Positions 50,174-61,062 of a DNA stretch of 64,000 bases are shown here, piece after piece; positions within the stretch are counted from its first letter, which is position 1; each line of letters starts with the position of its first letter. The notes beneath the pieces were generated by a model. The model was given only the letters and a program-made list of their open reading frames with translations, did no database searches and was not told where the DNA came from. The stretch is taken from contig CAWDSK010000005.1 in assembly GCA_963804995.1 (NCBI GenBank), forward strand, positions 1,024,001 through 1,088,000. Direction: 5' to 3'. The translations under genes and the position numbers were made by a program. This DNA comes from an uncultured Acidobacteriota bacterium. GTDB taxonomy: Bacteria > Acidobacteriota > Terriglobia > UBA7540.

Positions 50174-50310
50174 GCGTTCGAGAACTCAACTAGCTGGCAG
50201 GCAAGTTACTCATTGGTGCTCAGTAGCAGTCTCGTTGTAAACCCAGCCAATACCACAGCTTTTTTGTTGGCCGCCCCTGGGGAGCCGCCCAGAACTCACG
50301 GAAAGGAGAG

Positions 50311-50874
50311 ATGAAAATGTTAGGTCAGATCGATGTGATGGTAATTCAAGTTACCCAGGAGATGATTCACAACTGGGGATGGTTTCTCGCGTTCGGCATC
50401 GCGTTGATGCTGCTTGGCATCACCGCCGTCATTCGGTCGGTCACCGCCACGGTGGCCTCGATGCTGTTTTTGGGATGGTTGATGGTGTTTGCAAGCATCA
50501 TCGACCTGGTCAATGCGTTCATGGTGGGGAAGTGGGCAGGGTTTTTCCTGCACCTGCTGCTCGCGATTCTCTTCGGAATAACCGGGGTAATATTCCTGAC
50601 CCATCCTACGATTAGCGCCGAAGTTGCGACCTTGATCATGTCCATGTTCTTTCTGCTCGCCGGACTGTATCAGTTGGTGCTGGCATTGTGGACTCACCTG
50701 CCGGGCTACGGTTGGCATGCCTTGAACGGAGTCATCACCACGGTTCTGGGATTTCTCCTGCTGGCGCAATGGCCGCTCTCGGGGCTTTATGCGATCGGTC
50801 TTTTCGTGGGGATTGACCTGATTCTTTACGGTTGGGTCTGGGCCGCTCTGGCACTTGACCTGCGCAAAATGTGA
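50311..50874 (+). CDS. HdeD/DUF308-family membrane protein
   Basis: WGWFLAFGIALMLLG, AQWP, GLFVGIDLI. Confidence 0.87.
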   Translation: MKMLGQIDVMVIQVTQEMIHNWGWFLAFGIALMLLGITAVIRSVTATVASMLFLGWLMVFASIIDLVNAFMVGKWAGFFLHLLLAILFGITGVIFLTHPTISAEVATLIMSMFFLLAGLYQLVLALWTHLPGYGWHALNGVITTVLGFLLLAQWPLSGLYAIGLFVGIDLILYGWVWAALALDLRKM

Positions 50875-50961
50875 GCGCTGGGAATAACGGCGGCCGGGGG
50901 ACAGTAATCAAAAGCCCGACCGGCCACAACTCAAAAATGCAAGCACAAAAGGAGAACAGCA

Positions 50962-51561
50962 GTGTCAGGAAAACTAAGAAATGAGCATCACCTGGAAAAA
51001 GTCAGTGCACAACCTTATTTCCATCAAGCGGCGCGCGAGATTCAGCCTTACGGAACGGTGAGTCACTTGCTGCCACTCGGACTTGAGGAGCCTGTTCGTC
51101 TGGAAATGACCGAGCAACTCAACCTCTTGCTTGCCGATACCATGACTCTCCGCGACCTGTACAAGAAATCCCATTGGCAAGTGGCGGGTCCCACTTTCTA
51201 TCAGCTCCATCTGCTCTTTGACAAGCATTATGGCGAGCAAGCGGAACTTGTCGACGCCATCGCTGAGCGGGTTCAGTTGCTTGGGGGAGTCAGCATTGCC
51301 ATGGCCGCCGACGTTGCGGAGACCACACGAATCACGCGCCCTCCGCGCGGTCGGGAGGAAGTACCTGTGCAAATATCCCGGTTGCTGGATGCGCACCAGG
51401 TCATCATTCTTGCAACCCGAGAACTGGCACGGCGCGCCAGTCAAATTGGCGACGATGGGAGCAATGATTTCCTGATCAGCGAGGTCCTGCGCACCAACGA
51501 GTTGCAGGTTTGGTTTCTGAGCGAGCACCTCGTGAGGGAGCCACTGGCGGAGCCGAAGTAA
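50962..51561 (+). CDS. dps: Dps DNA-protection/ferritin-like protein
   Basis: HWQVAGPTFYQLHLLFD, DAIAERV. Confidence 0.92.
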   Translation: MSGKLRNEHHLEKVSAQPYFHQAAREIQPYGTVSHLLPLGLEEPVRLEMTEQLNLLLADTMTLRDLYKKSHWQVAGPTFYQLHLLFDKHYGEQAELVDAIAERVQLLGGVSIAMAADVAETTRITRPPRGREEVPVQISRLLDAHQVIILATRELARRASQIGDDGSNDFLISEVLRTNELQVWFLSEHLVREPLAEPK

Positions 51562-51606
51562 TTATTGTCCGGTGCCTGCGCGGCCTGGTAAGCGGGCGCC
51601 ACAAAA

Positions 51607-52008
51607 ATGCCAAACGGGGAGCTGGAGATGAAGTCTACCCAAGACCCTGCATTGCCGGAAAAGACAGGCGCCATATCAAATGGGGCGCGCGGATGGACCT
51701 CCGTATTGGACGACAGCGCATTGCCGGAGGGACAGATGGCGCCAGTCTATCCGCTGGGAGTGAATGTCCTACTGACGCGTGTCGGCGGTGCGGTCTTCGC
51801 GGTTTCAGGCAAGTGCGTGCACATGGCGTGTCCACTGTTCATGGGAAGGCCGGAAGGGTACACAATCGTTTGTCCATGCCATGACTGGCGTTTCGATGTT
51901 CGAACCGGCAAGTTTCTCGATGCGCCGGAACTTGGCCTCACTGTGTATCCCACAAAGCTCGAAGCGGGCAAACTGCTCGTTAGCCTCGGTGGAAAGGATA
52001 TGGCATGA
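51607..52008 (+). CDS. Rieske [2Fe-2S] ferredoxin
   Basis: CVH...CPCH, FDVRTG. Confidence 0.9.
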   Translation: MPNGELEMKSTQDPALPEKTGAISNGARGWTSVLDDSALPEGQMAPVYPLGVNVLLTRVGGAVFAVSGKCVHMACPLFMGRPEGYTIVCPCHDWRFDVRTGKFLDAPELGLTVYPTKLEAGKLLVSLGGKDMA

Positions 52009-52250
52009 AAAAGGTCACTCTCTATACTCTCTCAACCTGTCCCTGGTGCCGCAAGGCGAGGAAGTTTTTCGCTGAACGAAATATCCCGTTCACTTACATC
52101 GACTACGATCTTGCCGACGATGCGACCCAGGGAACAATTTTGCAGGAGCTCGATGCCGCCGGCGCCACGGGCTTCCCGTTCGCCAAGATCGGCGATGAGG
52201 TCATCTCGGGCTATCGGCCGGATCTCTATGCGAGTGCGCTCAAATCATAG
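52005..52250 (+). CDS. Glutaredoxin/NrdH-like protein
   Basis: CPWC active site; cis-Pro GFP. Confidence 0.9.
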   Translation: MKKVTLYTLSTCPWCRKARKFFAERNIPFTYIDYDLADDATQGTILQELDAAGATGFPFAKIGDEVISGYRPDLYASALKS

Positions 52251-52260
52251 GAGGCGTTGA

Positions 52261-52596
52261 ATGGAAGCCGAATCAAGGAAAAAGGCGCTCCACTATTTCT
52301 CCGCCAAGGTCGTCGAGCCGTTGGGCTTCAAGTTCACGCCCGACGCGGAGTTGGTGGATTTTCTGCTCGAACAAGAGGTGACACTGGAGGGCAAGCACGG
52401 CATCCCATTTTGCCCCTGCCAGCCGATCCGCCACGACCGAGCTCGCGACATGCAGATCGTTTGCCCCTGCATCCCCTTCCACCGGGAACATTTCGACGCT
52501 ATGAAACGCTGTTGGTGCGGCCTGTTCGTGCACAAGGATGTCACTGACCCGGACAGCCTCCCCCAACTTTCACCAAAGGACGTGGGCCGTGAGTGA
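52261..52596 (+). CDS. Ferredoxin:thioredoxin reductase catalytic-subunit-like protein
   Basis: CPC...CPC...CWCGLF. Confidence 0.88.
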   Translation: MEAESRKKALHYFSAKVVEPLGFKFTPDAELVDFLLEQEVTLEGKHGIPFCPCQPIRHDRARDMQIVCPCIPFHREHFDAMKRCWCGLFVHKDVTDPDSLPQLSPKDVGRE

Positions 52597-52984
52597 CAAG
52601 TTCATCCCCGCAATCAGCACCGATGCGATCGCGCCGGGCGGAATGAAAACCGTCGAACTCGGCGGGAGGGAGATCGTCATCTGCAATTGCGACGGGACTT
52701 ACTACGCCGTCCAGCGACGCTGCGGACACATGAATGCCGCGCTGGAAATGGGGACACTCGACGGCAAGTTCGTCACGTGCGCCATGCACTGTGCTCAATT
52801 CGACGTGACGACCGGCCAGGCCCTCTCCGGCCCGGTTCCAGCGGACTTGGGCAATGAGAGCCTTCCGCCCAGACTGGCCGCATTTATGCAGCATGTGGGC
52901 ATGCAGATGAAGCATGTCCGAACGGAATCCATCCGCACCTATGAGACGAAAGTCGAAGCCGGCTGGGTGCACGTCGCACTGTGA
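52589..52984 (+). CDS. Rieske [2Fe-2S] ferredoxin
   Basis: CGH...CAMH, FDVTTG..LSGP; GTG start overlapping the FTR stop. Confidence 0.88.
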   Translation: MSDKFIPAISTDAIAPGGMKTVELGGREIVICNCDGTYYAVQRRCGHMNAALEMGTLDGKFVTCAMHCAQFDVTTGQALSGPVPADLGNESLPPRLAAFMQHVGMQMKHVRTESIRTYETKVEAGWVHVAL

Positions 52985-53086
52985 TTTCTGCGGAAGTACG
53001 AATCCATGTGACACTGGAATTGTGAGACGGAGTTAAGCGCGGGTTCGGCGATGAATGAGTCTGAAAGAATTTGAGGTATTACATCT

Positions 53087-53857
53087 ATGGGAATGTCGCA
53101 AGCTGTTTCATCTGATTTTGGGTCCATGGTCGGTCCTCCCCCCTTCATAAAGCTGAGGAGCGGAAGCCCGGGGAGGATGGCCTCACCTGCCTCCAGGCCG
53201 GTTAACTCTCCGAGTATTGCCGGCCCACAGGACAGGGGCAACGAGTGGGCGGTCGTCCAGCAAGCCATTGCTGGGAATGCTGACGCGCAAGAGCGTCTCT
53301 TCGCGGGTCACACACGCCGGCTCTATCGGACTGTATTCGCGCTGCTCAACAATATGGAAGACGCCGAGGATGCACTACAGGAGGGCTTGTGCAAGGCGTT
53401 CACCACCCTCCGCTCGTTTCAGGGGCGGTCGTCTTTCTCCACGTGGCTTACCCGCATCGTCATAAACTCGGCGTTGATGGCCCGCCGCAGGAAGAGCGCC
53501 CATCCAGAAGCTTCCTTGGACGAGATGCTGGATTATCAGCCCAATCAGATGCCGCGCGGATTCGTCGATCCGCGGCCCGACCCCGAAAAACTCTACGCCG
53601 AGACCGAGCTCAATGCACGGGTCGAAGAGCATGTCAGCCAACTCCCGCCCGCACTGCAAATGGCCATTCGACTCCATGCTTTATACGGCTTGTCCGCGCC
53701 GCATTCAGCCGAGGTTCTTGGGGTCTCGGCGAGCGCAATCAAATCGCGAATCTTTCGGGCGCGATTGAAGCTGGCCTGTGGGCTGTACCGATCGCTCGAG
53801 GTTAGCGCGATCGGGCTCATGTTGAGAAAACGTGGCAATCTGAGAGTCAGGGGTTAA
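53087..53857 (+). CDS. ECF RNA polymerase sigma factor
   Basis: DAEDALQE, FSTWLTRIVIN, AIKSRIFRAR; start uncertain. Confidence 0.88.
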   Translation: MGMSQAVSSDFGSMVGPPPFIKLRSGSPGRMASPASRPVNSPSIAGPQDRGNEWAVVQQAIAGNADAQERLFAGHTRRLYRTVFALLNNMEDAEDALQEGLCKAFTTLRSFQGRSSFSTWLTRIVINSALMARRRKSAHPEASLDEMLDYQPNQMPRGFVDPRPDPEKLYAETELNARVEEHVSQLPPALQMAIRLHALYGLSAPHSAEVLGVSASAIKSRIFRARLKLACGLYRSLEVSAIGLMLRKRGNLRVRG

Positions 53858-53875
53858 TGGATCGGGGGGTGGACC

Positions 53876-55783
53876 ATGAACGAACAGGAATCGTCACCAA
53901 GAAAACGCGACCGCGACAACGAAAAGAAGCGCCAGGAGCAAAGTCGGCGTCAGCTTCATTTCGGCATCAGCTACCTGATCACGAGCCTGATTGTCTTGTG
54001 GCTGTTCCAGGTATTCGTCTTAGCTCCCGCCCGGAACACAGAAATTCCTTACAGCGAATTCAAGAAAAAACTGGCGGGGGCTCAAATCGTAAAGGTAACC
54101 ATTGGCGAAAGGGGCATCATTGGTGAGATGAAAAATCCCCAACCGGGCGGAGCTCCTCCGACCGTACCATTCAGTGCCATACCTGCGCCTGCCCCCGGCG
54201 ACCCCAAGCTGATTGAAGATTTACAAAGCGCCAATGTAACGTACCAATTCGAGCACCCGCCGAGTCCTCTGGGTGGTATTTTGCTGAACCTTCTGCCGCT
54301 GCTCCTACTCGGTGTTTTCTGGTACATGGCCTATCAGCAGGCGGGCGGGGCTGCTGGCGGAGGGATGGGCGCCATCTTTGGGGTCGGGAAGAGCAAAGCG
54401 GTCGAGGTCAAGCCCGAGGATGTTACGGTCACCTACAAAGACGTGGGCGGGGCGGATGAAGCCATTGCCGACCTGCAAGAGATCATTCAATTTCTGAAGG
54501 CGCCCGAGCAATTCGGGCAACTTGGCGGGCATATCCCCAAGGGCGTGCTGCTCGTCGGGCCCCCGGGCACCGGCAAGACGCTGCTGGCTAAAGCCACGGC
54601 CGGGGAGGCCCAGGTCTCGTTCTTCGAGACCAGTGGCTCCGAGTTTGTCGAGATGTTCGTGGGCGTGGGCGCCGCACGCGTGCGCGACCTGTTCGAGCAG
54701 GCGCGCAAGGCTGCTCCGGCGATCATTTTCATTGACGAGATTGATGCCATCGGTCAGAGCCGGGGAGGCGCGATACGCATGGGCACCAATGACGAGCGTG
54801 AGCAGACCCTCAACCAGTTGCTGGCGGAGATTGACGGCTTCAAAACTGACACTAGCGCCCCCGTGATTATTATGGCTGCCACCAACCGCCCGGAGGTGCT
54901 CGACCCGGCACTTCTGCGCGCGGGCCGCTTTGATCGGCAGGTCGCCATTGGCAATCCGGATCTCATTGGCCGGGCTCAAATCCTGCGGATTCACAGCAAG
55001 GGTATAAAGCTGGCGGCAGATTTTGACATGGACCAGGCCGCCCGGATGACGGCAGGCTTCAGCGGAGCTGATCTGGAGAATGCCATGAATGAGGCGGCAC
55101 TAGGCGCTGCCCGGCGCAAGGCCGCGAATGTCACGTTGAATGATTTCGAGGCGGCGATCGAACGGGTGATTGCGGGTTCCGAGAAAAAGAGCCGGGTGAT
55201 GAACCCGCTGGAACGCACTACGGTTGCCTACCACGAGTCCGGCCACGCACTGGTGGCGGAACTGGTGCCCCATGGTGAACCGGTCACCAAGATCAGCATC
55301 GTCCCGCACAGCCGTGGCGCCTTGGGCTACACTATCCAAACGCCAACCGAAGACCGCTATCTGCTTTCGGTCGACGAACTGAAGGACAGGATTGCGGTCA
55401 TGCTGGGCGGGCGTGCCGGCGAAAGGGTGGAGTTCGGGACCATCAGCACGGGGGCCAGTGACGACATTATGCGGGCAACTGACTTGGCCCGCCGTATGGT
55501 CACAGAGTTTGGCATGAGTGATAAGCTCGGCTCGGTGCGCTACGCGGGTCAACAACTCCAATACCTGGGGGGATCGGTGGAGGACAATAGCCAGATCAGT
55601 CCGGAGACGCGTCAAGTGATCGACGGGGAAGTCCAGCGTCTCGTGACTGAACAGTACGAGCGTGCTCAGGCCCTGCTGAAGGAGCACCGGGCGGCCCATA
55701 AAACATTGGCCCAGAAACTGCTGAAGCAAGAGACGGTGAGCGGTAGTGACGTGAAAGAGGCACTGGGAAACGGAGGTAAATAG
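53876..55783 (+). CDS. ftsH: ATP-dependent zinc metalloprotease FtsH
   Basis: Two TMs, [40 protein letters not shown]. Confidence 0.96.
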   Translation: MNEQESSPRKRDRDNEKKRQEQSRRQLHFGISYLITSLIVLWLFQVFVLAPARNTEIPYSEFKKKLAGAQIVKVTIGERGIIGEMKNPQPGGAPPTVPFSAIPAPAPGDPKLIEDLQSANVTYQFEHPPSPLGGILLNLLPLLLLGVFWYMAYQQAGGAAGGGMGAIFGVGKSKAVEVKPEDVTVTYKDVGGADEAIADLQEIIQFLKAPEQFGQLGGHIPKGVLLVGPPGTGKTLLAKATAGEAQVSFFETSGSEFVEMFVGVGAARVRDLFEQARKAAPAIIFIDEIDAIGQSRGGAIRMGTNDEREQTLNQLLAEIDGFKTDTSAPVIIMAATNRPEVLDPALLRAGRFDRQVAIGNPDLIGRAQILRIHSKGIKLAADFDMDQAARMTAGFSGADLENAMNEAALGAARRKAANVTLNDFEAAIERVIAGSEKKSRVMNPLERTTVAYHESGHALVAELVPHGEPVTKISIVPHSRGALGYTIQTPTEDRYLLSVDELKDRIAVMLGGRAGERVEFGTISTGASDDIMRATDLARRMVTEFGMSDKLGSVRYAGQQLQYLGGSVEDNSQISPETRQVIDGEVQRLVTEQYERAQALLKEHRAAHKTLAQKLLKQETVSGSDVKEALGNGGK

Positions 55784-55784
55784 C

Positions 55785-56441
55785 ATGGGGGGTATGATCC
55801 CATTATCGGACGCGTCTCGGGAGCCTCGGAGTTTCCCTGTCGCCACCATGGCTATCATCGTCGCGAACTCGATTGTATTTGTTATGGAACTCATGGGTGG
55901 GGACGCATTTGTAATGAAGTGGTCGGAGATCCCCGCCAACATCGTTGCAGGTCACCACTGGATCACCATCCTGACGGCGATGTTCATGCACGCCGGTTGG
56001 ATGCACATAATCGGCAACATGGTGTTTCTGTGGGCATTTGGCCCAGAAGTCGAAGACGCCATGGGGGTGCCAAAGTACCTGGCGTTTTACCTGCTCAGCG
56101 GTCTGGCGGCTTCTCTGGCGCAGACCGCCATCATGCCCAGTTCCACCGTCCCCAATCTCGGCGCCAGTGGCGCCATTGCCGGTGTGATGGGTGCCTTTCT
56201 GGTTACCTACCCTCATGATGAGATACGCACCGTGCTTCTGTTGGGCTGGTTCACCCGTATAACTTTTATTCCTGCGGCGCTCCTGATCGGATTCTGGTTT
56301 CTCATTCAGCTCTTCAATCAGGTCGGCGCTGTGGCGGACGTGCAGGGGGGTGGCGTCGCTTATGCCGCTCACGTGGGTGGCTTTATCTTTGGGGCAGTTA
56401 CCGCTCGACTTTTTGAGGGCTCCGGGGCCGCCTCCGATTAG
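55785..56441 (+). CDS. Rhomboid intramembrane serine protease
   Basis: HAGWMHIIGNM, GASG, AHVGG. Confidence 0.93.
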   Translation: MGGMIPLSDASREPRSFPVATMAIIVANSIVFVMELMGGDAFVMKWSEIPANIVAGHHWITILTAMFMHAGWMHIIGNMVFLWAFGPEVEDAMGVPKYLAFYLLSGLAASLAQTAIMPSSTVPNLGASGAIAGVMGAFLVTYPHDEIRTVLLLGWFTRITFIPAALLIGFWFLIQLFNQVGAVADVQGGGVAYAAHVGGFIFGAVTARLFEGSGAASD

Positions 56442-56452
56442 GGATATTCGTC

Positions 56453-58975
56453 ATGTTGTCCGATGCTGCCGCGACCCAGGTTGCGATTACCGGTTTGACG
56501 CCACAAGAAGCTCAGGCTCGGCTCGACCAGTTCGGGCCCAATGAGCCTGCGGCGACAAAGCACCATTCTTTTCTCTCTGATCTCCTGCATGTATTTATGA
56601 ATCCGCTGGCGTTGATTCTGCTGATTGCCGCCATTGTATCGGCATTCACGGGAGACGCGGTAGATGCGGGAATCATCGGCGTTATTGTTCTGCTGAGCGG
56701 GGCTATCGACTTAAGTCAGACGTATCGTTCCCAGCGCGCCGTTGAAGAACTGCGCGATCAGGTTGCCCCGACAGCAACCGTCCTGCGCGGCGGGGAGTGG
56801 AAAGAAATGCCACGGCGTGACGTGGTGCCGGGAGACATCATCCGGCTTTCCGCGGGAGATCTGGTTCCCGCTGACGCACGGCTCTTGATTGCGCGCGACA
56901 TCTATGTCCAGCAAGGAATGCTAACCGGCGAATCGCTCCCCGTCGATAAAGAAGCGACCGGAGAGCCCGCCTCGACCAAAGCGGATGCGCACAACATGGT
57001 CTTTCTCGGCACCTCCATCGTGAGCGGAACCGCAACCGCCGAGGTCGTCGCCACGGGTGCGCGGACCGCCTTTGGCGATATTGCGGCTCGCCTGGCCGCA
57101 CGCCCGGAAGAGACAGCCTTCGATAAGGGCTTGACAAATTTCAGCCATCTCATTGCGCGAACGGTATTCTTCCTCGTTCTCTTCCTGCTTGTCACCAGCA
57201 TTATTCGCCACCGTGATCCGCTTCAATCCCTGATGTTTGCAGTTTCACTAGCCGTGGGCTTGACCCCCGAGTTCCTGCCCATGATTACGTCGGTGACGCT
57301 TTCGAAAGGCGCCGTCGCCATGGCCCATAAGAAGGTCATCGTCAAGCATCTGTCCTCGATTCAGAACCTCGGCAGTGTGGATGTGCTTTGCAGTGATAAA
57401 ACCGGAACGCTCACCGTGGGAACCATGACGCTCGACCGCTCGCTCGATCCCTTCGGGAATCCATCCCTGCGCGCGCTGGAACTCGCCTATCTCAACAGCA
57501 AGTTCGAGACAGGTATCCGCAGTCCGCTGGATGATGTCATCCTTCATCAGTCTCCGTCCAAGATTGACGACTACACCAAGTGCGACGAGATTCCGTTCGA
57601 ATTCGAGCGGCGGCGGCTTTCGGTGGTGGTGGAGCGGCAGGCCCTGAGGGTTCTCATCACGAAAGGTGCTCTGGAAGGAATTTTCCCACTACTCTCCGGT
57701 TGCGAGGTCGAAGGCAAAACAGAACCCATCAGCAAGGACGCTGCCCAGCGCATCCAACAGACGAGCGATGAGCTGAATAGCCAGGGATTCCGCTCTCTGG
57801 CGGTGGCTTACGTGGAAGTTCCTGCACGCCCGGACTACTCCATTGCGGACGAGCGCAATCTCATCCTGGCAGGCTTTTTGAGCTTTGCTGATCCGCCGTT
57901 GCCGGACGCCGCCCAGGTTCTGGCTTCTCTAAAGCAGGATGGGGTTGAGGTCAAGGTCATCTCCGGTGACAACGACCGCGTCACTGCCCATGTTTGCGCG
58001 CAGGTGGGAATCGAACCCGGCCACGTCGTCACGGGCGACGAATTGGACCACACGACGGACCCGGCGCTGGCGCACCTCGCCGCTGAAACGCGGGCCTTCG
58101 CCCGCATTTCCCCGGTGCAGAAGAACCGCATCCTCTTGGCTCTCAAACACAACGGCCACGCCGTGGGGTTCATGGGCGATGGCATCAATGACGCGCCATC
58201 GTTGCACGCGGCTGATGTAGGCATATCCGTGTCCAGCGCTGCGGACGTGGCTCGCGAGTCTGCCGACGTTATTCTCATTGAGCCTGGCCTGCGGGTTCTG
58301 CATGATGGCATCATCGAGGGGCGCAAAGCCTTTGGCAACGTGATGAAGTATTTGCTGATGGGCACCAGCTCGAACTTTGGAAATATGCTCAGCATGGCCG
58401 GGGCTTCGGTCTTCCTCCCGTTCTTGCCCATGCTGCCCACGCAAATCCTGCTGAATAACCTTCTTTACGACGTAGGCCAACTCACCATTCCCACGGATAA
58501 TGTTGACGAGACTTACCTCGCTAAGCCCCAACGATGGGATATCAGCCTGATTCGCAATTTCATGGTGTTCATCGGGCCGATCAGTTCCATCTTCGACTTT
58601 CTAACTTTCTATGTGTTGCTGCATTTCTTCCATGCGAGCGAAGCACAGTTTCATACCGGTTGGTTTGTCGAATCACTTGCAACCCAGACGCTGGTGCTGT
58701 TCGTCATCCGTACATCCAAAAATCCATTCCACAGCCGTCCGAGTAATCCCTTAACCGCAACATGCCTGGCGGTTGTGGCGATCGGGATCTATTTGCCGTT
58801 CAGCCCGGTGGCCGGCATGCTCGGCTTCACGCCCTTGCCCGGGTCATATTTTGCTTTTGTGGCTGTCGCGACGGGAGTCTATCTCTTGCTGGTGGAAGCC
58901 GGAAAACGGGTCCTTCTCCATGGGGCAGATCAGAAGAATTCGGTCAAGCATGGAGATGCCTTAGCGGTCGCCTAA
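56453..58975 (+). CDS. mgtA: Magnesium-translocating P-type ATPase
   Basis: TGES, GLTPEFLP, DKTGT, GDGIND, SSNFGN. Confidence 0.92.
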   Translation: MLSDAAATQVAITGLTPQEAQARLDQFGPNEPAATKHHSFLSDLLHVFMNPLALILLIAAIVSAFTGDAVDAGIIGVIVLLSGAIDLSQTYRSQRAVEELRDQVAPTATVLRGGEWKEMPRRDVVPGDIIRLSAGDLVPADARLLIARDIYVQQGMLTGESLPVDKEATGEPASTKADAHNMVFLGTSIVSGTATAEVVATGARTAFGDIAARLAARPEETAFDKGLTNFSHLIARTVFFLVLFLLVTSIIRHRDPLQSLMFAVSLAVGLTPEFLPMITSVTLSKGAVAMAHKKVIVKHLSSIQNLGSVDVLCSDKTGTLTVGTMTLDRSLDPFGNPSLRALELAYLNSKFETGIRSPLDDVILHQSPSKIDDYTKCDEIPFEFERRRLSVVVERQALRVLITKGALEGIFPLLSGCEVEGKTEPISKDAAQRIQQTSDELNSQGFRSLAVAYVEVPARPDYSIADERNLILAGFLSFADPPLPDAAQVLASLKQDGVEVKVISGDNDRVTAHVCAQVGIEPGHVVTGDELDHTTDPALAHLAAETRAFARISPVQKNRILLALKHNGHAVGFMGDGINDAPSLHAADVGISVSSAADVARESADVILIEPGLRVLHDGIIEGRKAFGNVMKYLLMGTSSNFGNMLSMAGASVFLPFLPMLPTQILLNNLLYDVGQLTIPTDNVDETYLAKPQRWDISLIRNFMVFIGPISSIFDFLTFYVLLHFFHASEAQFHTGWFVESLATQTLVLFVIRTSKNPFHSRPSNPLTATCLAVVAIGIYLPFSPVAGMLGFTPLPGSYFAFVAVATGVYLLLVEAGKRVLLHGADQKNSVKHGDALAVA

Positions 58976-59034
58976 CCATTGTTCCGATGGGCGCTCCGAG
59001 AGCGATGCAGCGGAATGGGTGGGGTAAAGTAGCC

Positions 59035-60081
59035 ATGATGCGAAAAGTCATGCCTGCTGCCGCATTGCTGGCCATGATGGCTGTGGCCGCATTGCCCGGC
59101 TTTTCTCGGTCGAATCCTGACCTTGAAACATTCTTTCGGCAGAACATTGGACTGAGTGAGGATCAAATCGCCGCCATCCGAAATGGACATCCGGTCGCGA
59201 AGGCTCTTCCGCCCCGCGTGCCGGCCGAGGTCCTGTTGTTTGGCGCGGTCTTCATCCATGCTGCTCCCGAGGCCTACTTCCAGTTGGCCCGCAATTTCGA
59301 CAGCCTTCGCAAGGTTCCCGGCTTTTTGGCGCTTGTAGTATTCACCGATCCTCCGCAGCTTACTGACTTGCGCGGTTTTGCATTCGACAGCAATGAAATC
59401 AAGGACTTGAAAAGTTGCCAACCCGGCGACTGTCGGATTCAGATGCCTGCGACCTCCATCGAAGAACTCCATCGGTCCGTCGATTGGTCTGCCGACGATG
59501 TGGGTGAACAAGTCAATCAACTCCTGCAGAAGACGGCATTAGAGCTTCTGCTTGCCTATCAGCGCGAGGGCAATCAGGCCCTGGGGATTTATAACGATAA
59601 ACGTGACCCGACCGCGGTTCCCGAGCAGTTCGCATACCTGCTCAGCTACGGCAAGGCCTTGTCAGAGCATGTGCCGGATTTCTACCATTACCTTCTCGTC
59701 TACCCCCATGCGAAGCCCGCGAACTACGAGGAGACGTTCTATTGGGCAAGGGTGCAATTCGGACTAAAGCCGACGTTGCGCATTGTGCACATGGTGAGCA
59801 TGCGTGGGAGCCCCACCGACCCTATAGCATGTGCCATCGCCCAAAAGCAGCTCTATTCGAGCCATTACTTCCAGACCGCGTTGGACCTTTCCATCTGCGT
59901 CCGCGAAGGTGGCGACCGGAAGCGATCCGGCTTCTATCTGATCAAGGCCTTGGGTTCTGAGCAGGCGGGCCTAAGCGGCGCCAAGGGATCGATGGTTCGA
60001 AAGGCTGCGGTGGGCCGGGCGGTTTCAAATCTCCAAAATGGCCTCGCGGTTATCAGGGACACGCTGCAAGGTGACCAGTAG
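59035..60081 (+). CDS. Secreted hypothetical protein
   Basis: Signal peptide; long clean ORF with FGLKPTLR and KQLYSSHYF. Confidence 0.75.
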   Translation: MMRKVMPAAALLAMMAVAALPGFSRSNPDLETFFRQNIGLSEDQIAAIRNGHPVAKALPPRVPAEVLLFGAVFIHAAPEAYFQLARNFDSLRKVPGFLALVVFTDPPQLTDLRGFAFDSNEIKDLKSCQPGDCRIQMPATSIEELHRSVDWSADDVGEQVNQLLQKTALELLLAYQREGNQALGIYNDKRDPTAVPEQFAYLLSYGKALSEHVPDFYHYLLVYPHAKPANYEETFYWARVQFGLKPTLRIVHMVSMRGSPTDPIACAIAQKQLYSSHYFQTALDLSICVREGGDRKRSGFYLIKALGSEQAGLSGAKGSMVRKAAVGRAVSNLQNGLAVIRDTLQGDQ

Positions 60082-60171
60082 GCTCCCGGAGATCGGCCAG
60101 TACGCCATGAACTCGGAATGTAGCAGGTTGGTTCGGTGTTGATATGCCAGTAGCTTACTTCGAGGTGCAAA

Positions 60172-61062
60172 ATGAATCAGTTGGATACCAAGAGCCCCAT
60201 TGCGCCGAAGAAAATCTTGTTGGCCACAGATTTTTCCCCCGCGTCAGAGGCGACGTTACCTTACGCATTGACGATCGCTCACCATTATGGCTCAGAGCTT
60301 TGCGTTGCCCACGTGATCTGCCCGGAGTTCGCAGAACTCATAGCACCTGAGTTGATACCGACGATCCGCCAGGAGGCCCACCGATTCGCACAACAAAACA
60401 TGGAGCGTTTACTCAGTGCCGGACGCCAACGGGGCGTTTCGTGCCACGCGTTAATTGGGGAGGGTGCGATCTGGGATGTTCTTCAGGATATGATTCAACA
60501 AAACGGCCTCGATCTGATTGTTTTGGGGACTCACGGACGTCGAGGACTGCGCAAGTTACTGCTCGGCTCCGTGGCGGAGGAGGTCTTTCGAATGGCGCCG
60601 TGTCCGGTACTCACCGTAGGCCCGAAAACCTCGGAGATACGGTCGATGGATGTTCATCTGGACCACATCCTTTACCCGCTGGAGTTCGTCCCCGATAGAA
60701 GCGATGCCGCGGCATACGCTGTCTCATTAGCTGAGGAATACCATGCCAGGCTGACCATCATGAAGATCTTTGCGGAGATGGTTCCGCCTCCGGACGTGAA
60801 TGCCGCAGTCGAGGAGCCTGTCAGGCACTGGATGGATGATCATATCCCGATGGAATCAGACCTGCACCAGCGCACGAGCTTTGCGCCAGGGTTCGGCCCG
60901 GCGGCGGAAGCAATTCTTAAATTCGCCAGTGATCGCGAGGTAGACTTGATCGTGATGGGCGTGTGCCGTTTGGATCCGGTCATGGCTGCTCACCTTCCCA
61001 AACCTGACACTGCCTACGAGGTGGTCCGCACCGCACCCTGCCCGGTGCTCACCGTGCGTTGA
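60172..61062 (+). CDS. Tandem universal stress protein
   Basis: KILLATDFS, DLIVLGTHGR..LLGSVAEEV..APCPVLTV, twice. Confidence 0.93.
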   Translation: MNQLDTKSPIAPKKILLATDFSPASEATLPYALTIAHHYGSELCVAHVICPEFAELIAPELIPTIRQEAHRFAQQNMERLLSAGRQRGVSCHALIGEGAIWDVLQDMIQQNGLDLIVLGTHGRRGLRKLLLGSVAEEVFRMAPCPVLTVGPKTSEIRSMDVHLDHILYPLEFVPDRSDAAAYAVSLAEEYHARLTIMKIFAEMVPPPDVNAAVEEPVRHWMDDHIPMESDLHQRTSFAPGFGPAAEAILKFASDREVDLIVMGVCRLDPVMAAHLPKPDTAYEVVRTAPCPVLTVR

